Shown here one piece after another: positions 55,645-64,000 of a stretch of 64,000 nt of DNA. Numbering within the stretch: position 1 is the first letter of the stretch; the number at the start of each line of letters is the position of its first letter. Origin of the DNA: Alphaproteobacteria bacterium (lineage in GTDB: Bacteria; Pseudomonadota; Alphaproteobacteria; Kiloniellales; DSM-21159); NCBI GenBank assembly GCA_030433005.1, contig JAUILQ010000008.1, positions 17,106 to 81,105 on the forward strand, read 5' to 3'. A program made the translations under genes and the position numbers. The notes beneath the pieces were generated by a model. That model had not been told where the DNA came from. It searched no databases and saw only the letters and a program-made list of their open reading frames with translations.

Positions 55645-56921
55645 GAGGCCTCGGCCCGGCCGGAGGGGCCGAGCGCCAGCGGCGCCGAGATCGGCTGCAC
55701 GCCGAGCAGCCCGCGCTTCGGATCGAGATGGCGGATCGCGAGATCCAGGTGGGTGCCGACGAAGTTGGGCTCGGTGAAGTAGCAGGTCGTCGGCACCTTG
55801 AGCAGCGGACCCAGGTAGGCGAAGCCGCCGTAGGTGCAGTGCAGGGCGCTGGCGTGGGCGACCAGGGCCGACTGGACCGCCAGGTTGTCGCGCGGCTCGT
55901 AGAGCTGCGAGGCGTCGAAGACGTTGGGATGGCCACGGCCGAGCGCGTCGCTGTGGTCGTCGAGCCGGGTGCCGGTATTGAGCAGCACGACCTTCTGGCG
56001 CTCGGCCAGGCCCTCGATCAGCCGCGACAGGAAGGCGTCGGTCTCGGGCCCCTGGGTGAAGCAGCTGGAGTGGTAGAACTTGAGCGCGACGTAGGGCCCC
56101 TCGAAGGGCAGGGCGGGGCGCTCGTAGGTCGCGCTGATCGGCTGGATGTCGATGTGCTTCATCAGGCGGTCGGCCGAGTAGCGGCCGCGCCAGATGTTGC
56201 GGAACAGCGTGTACATGACGCTGGGCGAGAGGAAGGCATAGTCTTCCAGGCCCAGCTTCTCGGCCGCGCGGCGGTAGATCTCGCGCTCGAAGTCGTTGGG
56301 CAGCACGCCGAAGCCCTTCTTGCCGCCGGCCTGGGCCTCCTGGGCCGTCGTCTTCTCGACGAACTCCTCGACCGTGATCAGGTCGAAGAGGTCCAGGTAG
56401 CCGTCGCAGACGCCGTGGTACCAGCTGGCGGCGCCGCCGCGCGAGATCGCGATCATGCGCCGGGACGGCACGCCGCGGCGGCGCGCGAAGTAGCGAAGGA
56501 AGGGGATCCAGTAGAGGATCTCGAAGCCGATCTCGGTGGTCCAGGGGCCGATCAGGATCGGCCGCTCGGGGGGCGGCGCCCCCTCGCTCTCCGGTGTCGG
56601 CTCGGCGAAGGCGTCGCGCACCACCAGCCGGCAGATCCGCGGCGTGACGACCTCGGCCTCCTGCAGCGTCTGGAAAGAGGTCTTCTCGGTGTTGGTCAGG
56701 CGCGTCGGGAAGCGCAACAGGTAGCGCCCGCCGATAAGCCGGCGCAGGGTCACCAGGTTCTCGCGCGCCTGGTTGAGCCGTGCCAGCTGCTCGTACTGCC
56801 GCTCCGCGTAGCGCCGCTCGCTGCCCTGCAGCGAGGGATCGAGCAGCTTGCGGGTCCGCCAGACGGCGCGCTTGACCAGGCGCAGGGCGCGCTCGCCGGG
56901 GGACAGCTTGACCAGGGCCAT
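55641..56921 (-). CDS. Uncharacterised protein, family Q copy 1 (GT9/heptosyltransferase-like GT-B architecture suspected)
   Basis: 426 aa. Paralogue of 60372-61796 (shared ILIGPWTTEIGFEILYWIPFLR, FEGPYVALKFY, VVLLNTG, DNLAVQSALVAHA, YGGFAYLGPLL). The layout of these blocks mirrors GT9 enzymes. By eye only. Confidence 0.7.
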   Translation of the reverse strand: MALVKLSPGERALRLVKRAVWRTRKLLDPSLQGSERRYAERQYEQLARLNQARENLVTLRRLIGGRYLLRFPTRLTNTEKTSFQTLQEAEVVTPRICRLVVRDAFAEPTPESEGAPPPERPILIGPWTTEIGFEILYWIPFLRYFARRRGVPSRRMIAISRGGAASWYHGVCDGYLDLFDLITVEEFVEKTTAQEAQAGGKKGFGVLPNDFEREIYRRAAEKLGLEDYAFLSPSVMYTLFRNIWRGRYSADRLMKHIDIQPISATYERPALPFEGPYVALKFYHSSCFTQGPETDAFLSRLIEGLAERQKVVLLNTGTRLDDHSDALGRGHPNVFDASQLYEPRDNLAVQSALVAHASALHCTYGGFAYLGPLLKVPTTCYFTEPNFVGTHLDLAIRHLDPKRGLLGVQPISAPLALGPSGRAEAS

Positions 56922-56953
56922 GAGAGGGTCCGATTCCCGGATTGAAGGGTGGC

Positions 56954-58681
56954 TCAGCGCCGTGACGAGGAGCGCAGGCGGGAAAGCGCCCGCCGGCCGC
57001 GCTTGTCTAGTCGCTTGAGGCGGCCGCGGGCAAGGCGCAGGGCGTTGCCGGCGACGATCGAGGTCGCCCGCGCCGGCCGGCGGACCAGCCGGCTGTGCAG
57101 CCAGCGGGCGCCGCGCCCGGTCGCGCGCAGGGCCCGGCCGCTGAGGCTGACCTTGTCCCACTTCTTGGCGTTGCGCCCGGCGCCGACGGCCAGCAGGTAG
57201 AGCGCCGGCGGCAAGAGCAGGGGCTGCAGCAGGCGCGGCCAGGCCGGCAGGCGCGCGGGCTGCAGCGCGGCCGCCGAGACCAGCGCGTCGACGGCGAGCG
57301 GCGTCGAGGGCCGGTCGAGGCCCTGCGGGCGCAGGAAGTCGCCCACGAAGCGCCGGATGCTGGCCAGCTCCTCGGGCGTCTGCTCGATGCCCGCGGAGAG
57401 CTGGGCGAGATGCTCCTCGAAGTCGGCCGCGGTCATCAGGAAGCCGTCGCGGGTCAGGTGGGCGAAGTGCACCATGCCCTCCTGGCTCTCGGCGATCTCG
57501 GGATCGAGCACGGTGTAGCAGCGCTTGCCCAGGATGCCGGCCTCCAGCATGGCGCTGGTGTTGATGCCGACGACGGCGGCGGCGTGGTGCAGCGAGTCGA
57601 AGTAGTCGGCGCGCGCCGTCTCGTTCACCGGGTAGCCGCCGAGCCGGGGGTGCACCGCGAGGTTCTCGGCGTCGCGGATCTCCGGCGCGTTCCACTGCTC
57701 GGCGAACTTGGCGCTGCCGGGGTGCGGGCGAATCAGCACGCCGATGCTGCGCAGCCGCGGGTCCTCGGCCGCGCGCAGCGCGGCCAGCCAGCGCTTGAGG
57801 AAGACCGACTCGGTGCGCGCGATGAACACCGACGAGCAGGTGTAGAGGATGAAGGGGCGGTCGGGATCGAGGCCGACCTGGGCGCAAAAGGTCGCGCGGT
57901 CACGGCTCGGACGGCGCTCGAACCAGGGGTCGAACAGCTGGGCGCCGGTGATCGCCACCCTGTCCGGCGCGACGCCGTGCAGCTCGACCGCCTCGTCGCG
58001 CTGGAAGGCGTTCCAGACCAGCATGCGGTCGGGATCGAGCGGCACCACGCCCTTGTTGGTCAGGTTGTCCCAGCTGGCGACGCAGTGCACGGCCGGCACG
58101 CCCAGGCGGCGCGCGATCTTCAGGTATTCGGCCTGCATCGAGTTGTGGTCGACCAGCGGCGTCACGGCGACCAGGTCCGGCCGCGTCGCCTGGACCGCGC
58201 GCAGCAGGCGGCGATCGAGCGGCAGCGCCAGCTCTGCCCAGTAGAGCAGCCGCGAGAAGCGTACCGCGAGGCGTTCCCGGGTCGCCTGCGGCAGCGCGCC
58301 GAAGCGGCGGAACGGCGGGTAGAGGAAGCCCTCGGCGCGGCGCGCGCACTTGACGGCGTGGCGCAGCCGCGGCGTCAGGTAGCGCAGGTAGTTGCGCAGC
58401 GCCCGGACCTGGTAGGCGAGCTGGGTCCAGAGATCGTTGCGCGGCGGCAGCGCCAGCAGCTCCAGGGACGGCAGCTCGGCGACCAGGCGGTCGGCCAGCG
58501 CGGCGACGTCTGCCGTGACCTTCTCGTGGGCCTCCTCGTAGCCGAGCACCACGGTGTGGCCGCGCGCCGTCAGCTCGCGCAGCGTCGTCTCGTAGTTCCG
58601 CAGGTACATGAAGTGGCGGACCACGAAGAGGATGCGCAGCGGCCGCGGCGCCTCAGGGCGCGCGGGGGAGGACTCGGTCAT
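56954..58681 (-). CDS. Uncharacterised protein, family P copy 1 (GT-B-like, Capsule_synth-like C-terminal half, Arg-rich tail)
   Basis: 575 aa. Paralogue of 58678-60375 and 63011-64000+ (shared ASWDNLTNKG, ITGAQLFD, FILYTCSS, IRPHPGS, GINTSAMLEAGILG, MVHFAHL). ATGA overlap with the upstream paralogue. Confidence 0.75.
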   Translation of the reverse strand: MTESSPARPEAPRPLRILFVVRHFMYLRNYETTLRELTARGHTVVLGYEEAHEKVTADVAALADRLVAELPSLELLALPPRNDLWTQLAYQVRALRNYLRYLTPRLRHAVKCARRAEGFLYPPFRRFGALPQATRERLAVRFSRLLYWAELALPLDRRLLRAVQATRPDLVAVTPLVDHNSMQAEYLKIARRLGVPAVHCVASWDNLTNKGVVPLDPDRMLVWNAFQRDEAVELHGVAPDRVAITGAQLFDPWFERRPSRDRATFCAQVGLDPDRPFILYTCSSVFIARTESVFLKRWLAALRAAEDPRLRSIGVLIRPHPGSAKFAEQWNAPEIRDAENLAVHPRLGGYPVNETARADYFDSLHHAAAVVGINTSAMLEAGILGKRCYTVLDPEIAESQEGMVHFAHLTRDGFLMTAADFEEHLAQLSAGIEQTPEELASIRRFVGDFLRPQGLDRPSTPLAVDALVSAAALQPARLPAWPRLLQPLLLPPALYLLAVGAGRNAKKWDKVSLSGRALRATGRGARWLHSRLVRRPARATSIVAGNALRLARGRLKRLDKRGRRALSRLRSSSRR

Positions 58682-60375
58682 TTGCCGCCCTTCTCCTGGG
58701 TCGCCCGGCGGCCGAGCAGGTGGCGTGCGCGCTGCACGATGTGGCGCCGCGCCAGTTGGTTCGTACGCTTCGCCGCCCGGCGCGCCCGGTTGCCGACCCA
58801 GCGCGCGGGGCGTCGCCAGAGGTGCTTGCGCAGCCGCAGGCCGAGCTCGTGCAGCTGGCGCAGGCGGTGCTCGCGCAGCGACATCTCCGACCAGCGCTTG
58901 CGCGCGCGCAGGTCCTCGACCGACAGCAGGTAGAGCGCCAGCGGGTAGTAGAGCGCGCGCAGCAGCGGCGCCGTCACGCCGGCCCGCTGCGGCCGGGGCC
59001 GCAGCGCGGCGACCTCCCCGATCGCCGCGGCGAGCTGCGGGGTCGCCGGCCGATCGATGCCGTTGGGACGCAGGAAGTCGGCGACGAAGTCGCGCTCCGC
59101 CTGGCTCTGGCCGGGATGCTCGACGGCATCGGCGAGCTGCCGGAAGTGCTCCTCGAAGCTGTCGGCGGTCTTCAGGAAGCCGCCGCGCAGCAGGTGCGCG
59201 AAGTGCAGCATGCCGCCCTGGCTCTCGGCGACCTCGGGGTCGAGGATGGTGAAGCAGCGCCGGCCGAGGATCGCCGCTTCCAGCATGGCGCTGGTGTTGA
59301 TGCCGACGAGGCCCGCCGAGTGATGGAGCGAGTCGTAGTAGTCGTCCTGCGCCTGCGGCGTCACCGGATAGCCGCCGGCGCGCGGGAACAGCACGGCCTG
59401 ATCGGGGAAGCGCGCGATCAGCTCGGCGACCTGCTGGGCGAACTTGCTGCTGCCCGGATGCGGGCGGACCAGCACGCCGATGCCGCGCAGCGCCGGCGGC
59501 GGGTCGTCGCGCAGGCGGGTCAGCCAGCGCTCCAGGAAAACCGCCTCGTAGCGCGAGATGAAGATCGAGGAGCAGGTGTAGAGCAGGAAGGGACGGGTCG
59601 GGTCGAGGCCGACCTGGCGGCAGAAGCTCTCGCGATCCCGGCTCGGCCGCCGGTCGAACCACTGGTCGAACAGCTGCGCGCCGGTCACCGCGATGCGCTC
59701 GGCCGGCACGCCGTGCAGCGCGCGCGCCTCCTCGGCCTGGTGGCGGTTCCAGACCACGACGCGGTCGGGGCAGACCTGGATCAGGCCCTTGTTGGTCAGG
59801 TTGTCCCAGCTGGCGACCAGCAGGGCCGAGGGCACGCCTTCGCGGCGGGCCTGCTTGATGTACTCGGTCTGGTTCGGGCCGAAGTCGAGCAGCGGCGTGA
59901 CCAGCAGGCAGTCGGGCCGCTCGGCCTCGAACAGCGCCTCGATCGGCCGCGCCGGCGGCAGCGCGCCCTCGATCGACTCGGCGAGGCCGCGGATGCGCGG
60001 CAGCAGGCGGCGGCGCCAGGCCTCGGACAGCCGGGCGAGGCGGCGCAGCGGCGGGAAGACGAAGGATTCGGCGCGCGCCGCGCAGCGCCGGGCGCCCTCG
60101 AGGCGCGGATCGCAGTAGCGCAGGAAGTCGTTGAGCACGCGCACCTGGGAGGCCAGCGAGGCCCAGCGATCGTCGCGTGCCGGGGCCTGGATCAGGCGGA
60201 TGCGCGGCTGCTCGCGCAGCAGGGCCTGGGTCGCCTGCTCGATCTCGGGCGGCAGCAGGTTGCGGCTGCTCTCGTAGGCCAGGACCACCTCGTGGCCCTG
60301 CTCGGCGAGCAGCGCCAGGGTCGAGCCGTAGTTGCGCAGGTACAGCAGGTTGCGCATGACGAAGAGGATCTTCAC
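58678..60375 (-). CDS. Uncharacterised protein, family P copy 2
   Basis: 565 aa. N-terminus MKILFVMRNLLYLRNY is GT-B-like. Same conserved blocks as copy 1. ATGA overlaps at both ends. Confidence 0.75.
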   Translation of the reverse strand: MKILFVMRNLLYLRNYGSTLALLAEQGHEVVLAYESSRNLLPPEIEQATQALLREQPRIRLIQAPARDDRWASLASQVRVLNDFLRYCDPRLEGARRCAARAESFVFPPLRRLARLSEAWRRRLLPRIRGLAESIEGALPPARPIEALFEAERPDCLLVTPLLDFGPNQTEYIKQARREGVPSALLVASWDNLTNKGLIQVCPDRVVVWNRHQAEEARALHGVPAERIAVTGAQLFDQWFDRRPSRDRESFCRQVGLDPTRPFLLYTCSSIFISRYEAVFLERWLTRLRDDPPPALRGIGVLVRPHPGSSKFAQQVAELIARFPDQAVLFPRAGGYPVTPQAQDDYYDSLHHSAGLVGINTSAMLEAAILGRRCFTILDPEVAESQGGMLHFAHLLRGGFLKTADSFEEHFRQLADAVEHPGQSQAERDFVADFLRPNGIDRPATPQLAAAIGEVAALRPRPQRAGVTAPLLRALYYPLALYLLSVEDLRARKRWSEMSLREHRLRQLHELGLRLRKHLWRRPARWVGNRARRAAKRTNQLARRHIVQRARHLLGRRATQEKGGK

Positions 60376-61796
60376 GGCCGCGCCCCCGAATCGGCTCCCG
60401 CGCCCGGGCCGGCGACCGCCGCCGTCGCCGCCTCGTCCATCGCCGCCACCGGCAGGAAGGCCAGGGCGCCGTAGCCCTCGCGGTTGAAGGCGCGCAGCGC
60501 CAGGTCGAGGTGGCTGGAGACGAAGTGCGTGTGGGTGAAGAAGCTCAGGGTGTCGACGCCGAGCAGCGGCCCCAGGTAGCTGAAGCCGCCGAAGGTGCAG
60601 TAGAGCTTGTCGGCGTGGGCGACCAGCGCGGTCTGGACCGCCAGGTTGTCGCTCGCCCCGAGCAGCGGCGTCGCGTCGACCAGGCGGTCGCGGGGAATGC
60701 CCGGCAGCAGCTCGGCGGCGTCGCTGTGGTCGTCGACACGCAGGCCGGTATTGAGCAGCACGACGCGGTGCCGCTCGGTCAGCCGCCGCAGCAGCCGCTC
60801 GACGAAGGGCGCGACGCGCTCGCCCTCGAAGAACTCCGAGCGGTAGAACTTGACCGCGACGTAGGGGCCCTCGAAGGGCAGGCCCTCGGGACGCGGCAGG
60901 TCGCGCGGCAGCGGCGCGTAGTCGAGCGCCGGCAGGAAGATCTCGCCGCCGAAGCGCTTCAGCCAGGTCGTGCGGAACAGGCCGTAGAGCGCCGCCGGGT
61001 AGAGCGTCCGGTGTCCTTCCAGGCCGAGCTCTTCTGCGATGTCGGCGACCAGCCGGCGCTCCGGCTCGGTCGGGCGGAACGGCTTCTTGCCCTCGTGCTC
61101 CTGCTCGATCTCTTCGCCGAGCGCCCGGAACGCGTCCGGGCTCAGGCGGTCGAACAGCTCGACGTAGCGGCCGGCGATGTCCTGGTACCAGGCGCCGACG
61201 CCGCCGCGCGAGATCGCCACGACCCGCTCGCGCGGGATCCCGGCCTCGCGCAGGTAGCGGCGCAGCAGCGGGATCCAGTAGAGCAGCTCGAAGCCGACCT
61301 CCATGGTCCAGGGGCCGAGCACGATGGGATGGTCGCCGGGACCCAGCACCTCGGCGAGGTCGGGCTGCTCCAGGCCGCGGTCGATGGCCAGCAGCTCGAT
61401 CAGCCGGGCGTCGGCCGACTGGCGGTCCGCCGGGTCCAGCGGGCCGAGGCCGCGGGCCAGGGTGTCGCGCAGCGTCGCGATGTAGGGCTTGGGGCGGAGC
61501 TCGGCGCCGAGCCGCTCCAGCCAGCGCGCCGGCAGCCCGCGCCTGGCCTCGCCGGAGAGCTTGGCGGCGGCGCTGTCGACGAGCCGCCAGAAGGCCTCGC
61601 CGCGCCCGGCTTCCGGCGTCTCGGCGACGGCCGGCGGCAGGCTGCGCTCCAGGAAGTCCAGGCGCTCGGCCGGCGCCAGCCGGCCGTAGCCGGCCTTGGC
61701 CAGGGCGCGCGCGCGCGCCGGCGTGTCGGCCCGACGCTCCAGGTCGCGCAGCCTGGCCTGGAAGCGCCGTTCGGCGAGCTGCTTCAGGAGGTCCAC
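60372..61796 (-). CDS. Uncharacterised protein, family Q copy 2
   Basis: 474 aa. Same blocks as copy 1 (IVLGPWTMEVGFELLYWIPLLR, FEGPYVAVKFY, VVLLNTG, DNLAVQTALVAHA, FGGFSYLGPLL), with a longer helical N-terminus. Confidence 0.7.
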   Translation of the reverse strand: MDLLKQLAERRFQARLRDLERRADTPARARALAKAGYGRLAPAERLDFLERSLPPAVAETPEAGRGEAFWRLVDSAAAKLSGEARRGLPARWLERLGAELRPKPYIATLRDTLARGLGPLDPADRQSADARLIELLAIDRGLEQPDLAEVLGPGDHPIVLGPWTMEVGFELLYWIPLLRRYLREAGIPRERVVAISRGGVGAWYQDIAGRYVELFDRLSPDAFRALGEEIEQEHEGKKPFRPTEPERRLVADIAEELGLEGHRTLYPAALYGLFRTTWLKRFGGEIFLPALDYAPLPRDLPRPEGLPFEGPYVAVKFYRSEFFEGERVAPFVERLLRRLTERHRVVLLNTGLRVDDHSDAAELLPGIPRDRLVDATPLLGASDNLAVQTALVAHADKLYCTFGGFSYLGPLLGVDTLSFFTHTHFVSSHLDLALRAFNREGYGALAFLPVAAMDEAATAAVAGPGAGADSGARP

Positions 61797-61854
61797 CCGC
61801 TGGTCCCTTCGGTTGCGGCGCGCCGTCCGCTGCGCCGCGCCGCCGGATCGGCCA

Positions 61855-62847
61855 TTATCGCCCGACCGTCAAGCCCTCGAAAGCCTCGGCCGGCAGCGCC
61901 TCGGGGTCGCGGGCGTAGAGGCCGTACCAGCAGCGCTCGGCCTCGCCGTGGGCGGTCGGCTTGCGGAACTCCCGGGCCTTGGTCAGGCCGCGCTCCGCGA
62001 AGAAGCGGTCGACCCCGCCGCTGATCTCCTCGGTCGCGGTGATCTCGATCATGACGGTCTTGAGGCCCGGATCGGCGAAGCACGTGCCGCCGCCCGCCAG
62101 CACCTCCAGCTCGCCCCCGTCGACGTCGATCTTGACGTGGGTCGGCCGCGGCAGCCCGAGCGCCTCGATCGTCGAATCGAGAGGCCGGCCGACGACCGGC
62201 AGCACGTGTGCCGCGCCCTCGTCGCCCTTGCCGGCGAGCTCCTCGCTGCCGTGCATCGCCGAGCCGGCCTCCAGGTTGCGGAAGCCGAAGGAGAGCAGCC
62301 GGTCGGCGTCGGACAGGGCGTAGGGCAGCGGCACGACCTGCGCCTCGACGCCGTTGAGCACCAGGTTGCGGTTGAGGTCCGTGTAGTTGGCGAAGGCCGG
62401 CTCGAAGGCCACGACCTTCAGCTCCGGCCCGTGCAGCTTCGCGGCGAGCAGGCTGTAGACGCCGGTATTGGCGCCGATGTCGTACAGCACCTCGCCCGGC
62501 GCCAGGCAGGATTCGATCCAGGCGATGGTCCAGGGCTCCTTCAGGGCCGCGCGGTGCCGCAGGTAGGACGAGCGCGTCTCGGCGTGCAGCAGCACCTCGG
62601 CGCGCTCGTACTCCAGGCGCTTGACCATGCGGATGCCCTGGAGGGCGTCGATCTTGTCGCGCTCGGTCATCGAATCGAGCGCGGTCCGGATCACCTCGTG
62701 GCGCTTGTCGATGTGCAGCTTGCGCACGCTCTTGAGCAGCCGGGCGTAGGCCTTCTCGGGATCCTCGACGATCGCGCGCACCGGCTCGCCGCCGCCGGCG
62801 AGCCGCTTCAGCTTCTTCATGGCCTTCGTCGCCGACAGCTCTTTCAT
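61855..62847 (-). CDS. FkbM-family methyltransferase with ~100 aa helical N-terminal extension
   Basis: VLYDIGANTGVYSL (FkbM motif), VVAFEP, HVKIDVDGGELEVL. Start ATG 62847. Confidence 0.8.
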   Translation of the reverse strand: MKELSATKAMKKLKRLAGGGEPVRAIVEDPEKAYARLLKSVRKLHIDKRHEVIRTALDSMTERDKIDALQGIRMVKRLEYERAEVLLHAETRSSYLRHRAALKEPWTIAWIESCLAPGEVLYDIGANTGVYSLLAAKLHGPELKVVAFEPAFANYTDLNRNLVLNGVEAQVVPLPYALSDADRLLSFGFRNLEAGSAMHGSEELAGKGDEGAAHVLPVVGRPLDSTIEALGLPRPTHVKIDVDGGELEVLAGGGTCFADPGLKTVMIEITATEEISGGVDRFFAERGLTKAREFRKPTAHGEAERCWYGLYARDPEALPAEAFEGLTVGR

Positions 62848-63010
62848 CGGGGGATCCTGGAATGCGGGACGGCGCCGACGGCCCGGAAGAAGCCGGCCGC
62901 ACGCCACGCGCGCCCGCTCCCCCCGTGCCCTGCGGCAAGGCCGGCTGAGATAGCAGATTTCACCGTGGTGCGGTCAAGCGACAGGCGTGCGCGCCGACCG
63001 GTGGCTTGCA

Positions 63011-64000
63011 TCAGCCGCCGCCGGCCCGACCGCCGCTCGGCGGGTCTCCCGAGGCCGGGCCGGCCCGGGCCACCGCCTCGCGCTTGGCGGCGTCGAGCGA
63101 ACGGTGGCGCAGCAGGGCGCCCGGCAGCCGGGCGGCGATCGCCAGCAGCCGGCCGCCACGGCGCCGCAGCCGGCGCAACCGGTACCAGAGGTTGCCGCTG
63201 TGGCCGTCCTGCGCCGGCGACAGGCCGCGGCTCAGGCGCTGCAGCAGGGGATGCTGGCGCAGCCACTTCTTGCCGGTGCGCTGGGCGTCGAGCAGCAGGA
63301 ACAGCCGGGCCAGCGGCCACAGCAGCAGCCGCAGCCCGCGGCTCGCGGTCGGCAGGCCCTGGTCCAGCGGCTTCGCAACGGCCAGGCGCTCGACCGCATC
63401 GGCGAGCAGCGGGGTCGCCGGGCGCTCGAGCCCGTGCGGCCGCAGGAAGGCCTCGACCGAGGCGGCGCGCGCCTGGTTTCCGGGGCCGCCATCGTCCGGG
63501 TCGCCATCGTCCGGGCTGCCATCGTCCGGGCTGCCATCGCCCGGCTCGGCGCGCAGGGTCGCCGCCAGCTGCGCCAGGTGCTCGTCCAGCGTCTCGGCCG
63601 GGCGCACGAAGCCGTAGCGGGTCAGGTAGGCGAAATGCAGCATGCCATCCTGGGCCTGCTCGGTCTCGGCGTCGCGGATGGTGAAGCAGGGCCGGCCGAT
63701 GATCGCCGCCTCCAGCATCGCGCTCGTGTTGATGCCGACGACGGCGGCCGCGTGATGGATGGAGTCGAAGTAGAGCCGGCGGTTCTCCTCGGTCACCGGA
63801 TAGCCGCCGCTGGCCGGCCGCACGACGACCCGGTCGAAGGCGGCGATGCGCGGGTCGTTCCACTGCGCCGCCCGCTTGGTGCTGCCCGGGTGCGGCCGGA
63901 TGATCACGCCGGCCTCGCGCAGCTGCGGATCGTCGCTGGCGCGCAGCGCCGTCAGCCAGCGCACCAGGAAGGCGGACTCCAGGCGCGAGATGAAGATCGA
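63011..64000 (-). CDS. Uncharacterised protein, family P copy 3 (C-terminal 329 aa; N-terminus beyond window end)
   Basis: Frame is open to nt 64000 (…SIFISRLESAFLVRWLTALR aligns with SSIFISRYEAVFLERWLTRLR of copy 2). Shares IIRPHPGS, GINTSAMLEAAIIG, MLHFAYL. Confidence 0.75.
   Translation of the reverse strand, partial: SIFISRLESAFLVRWLTALRASDDPQLREAGVIIRPHPGSTKRAAQWNDPRIAAFDRVVVRPASGGYPVTEENRRLYFDSIHHAAAVVGINTSAMLEAAIIGRPCFTIRDAETEQAQDGMLHFAYLTRYGFVRPAETLDEHLAQLAATLRAEPGDGSPDDGSPDDGDPDDGGPGNQARAASVEAFLRPHGLERPATPLLADAVERLAVAKPLDQGLPTASRGLRLLLWPLARLFLLLDAQRTGKKWLRQHPLLQRLSRGLSPAQDGHSGNLWYRLRRLRRRGGRLLAIAARLPGALLRHRSLDAAKREAVARAGPASGDPPSGGRAGGG
63488..63547. repeat. In-frame 15-bp tandem repeat x4 (gccatcgtccgggyy) inside family P copy 3
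   Basis: Read directly. Encodes GDGSPDDGSPDDGDPDDGGP on the minus strand. The insert is absent from copies 1 and 2. Confidence 0.9.

Noticed and set aside
62844-63863. Alternative long ORFs over family P copy 3 (for example 62844..63863 minus, 61696..63684 plus)
   Set aside because: They consist of Arg/Pro/Ala/Gly low-complexity translations. The frame chosen for P3 aligns block by block with P1 and P2.

Overview
High-GC chromosomal window with alphaproteobacterium-like gene content (Coq7, DsbB-like, DUF1457-type PAS protein, MlaA/MlaC, PEP-CTERM protein). No rRNA, tRNA, CRISPR array, transposase or integrase was seen. Many long ORFs in the six-frame track are Arg/Pro/Ala-rich off-frame or antisense artefacts of the GC content and were not annotated. 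Nt 1-37500 holds ordinary genes: MlaA/MlaC; a GntR-controlled hydroxyproline-type catabolic cluster (DAO-family oxidoreductase, DHDPS-family lyase, enolase-superfamily enzyme) with a LivJHMGF-type ABC transporter; OsmC; YqaA; DsbB; Coq7; an ornithine cyclodeaminase-family gene; an HNH protein; a peroxiredoxin-like gene; an esterase; AlkA; GluQ; an orphan PEP-CTERM/VWA exoprotein; a LysR-linked quinone/redox-stress cluster (WrbA, pirin, YqjG, cytochrome b561, two YceI); an orphan B12-binding radical SAM enzyme; a P-type ATPase; ManC; an MFS transporter and small accessory genes. Nt 37521-64000 is the most interesting part. It is a roughly 26 kb, almost entirely minus-strand surface-glycan locus that runs off the window edge. 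It combines an ulosonic-acid pathway lacking NeuC (NANS-like synthase, KdsC-type phosphatase, CMP-sugar synthetase), which suggests a KDN-type sugar. It also has an unusual fused transketolase + aldehyde dehydrogenase + SDR set, an orphan Gmd and a nucleotidyltransferase-methyltransferase fusion. Two FkbM-type methyltransferases carry helical N-terminal extensions. A translationally coupled array holds two uncharacterised paralogous families: three ~570 aa proteins with Arg-rich C-terminal tails and two ~430-470 aa GT9-like proteins. No export, polymerase or priming gene is visible. An autotransporter and a homocysteine methyltransferase gene are wedged into the middle of the locus. All family assignments come from reading the translated ORFs by eye; no searches were run.
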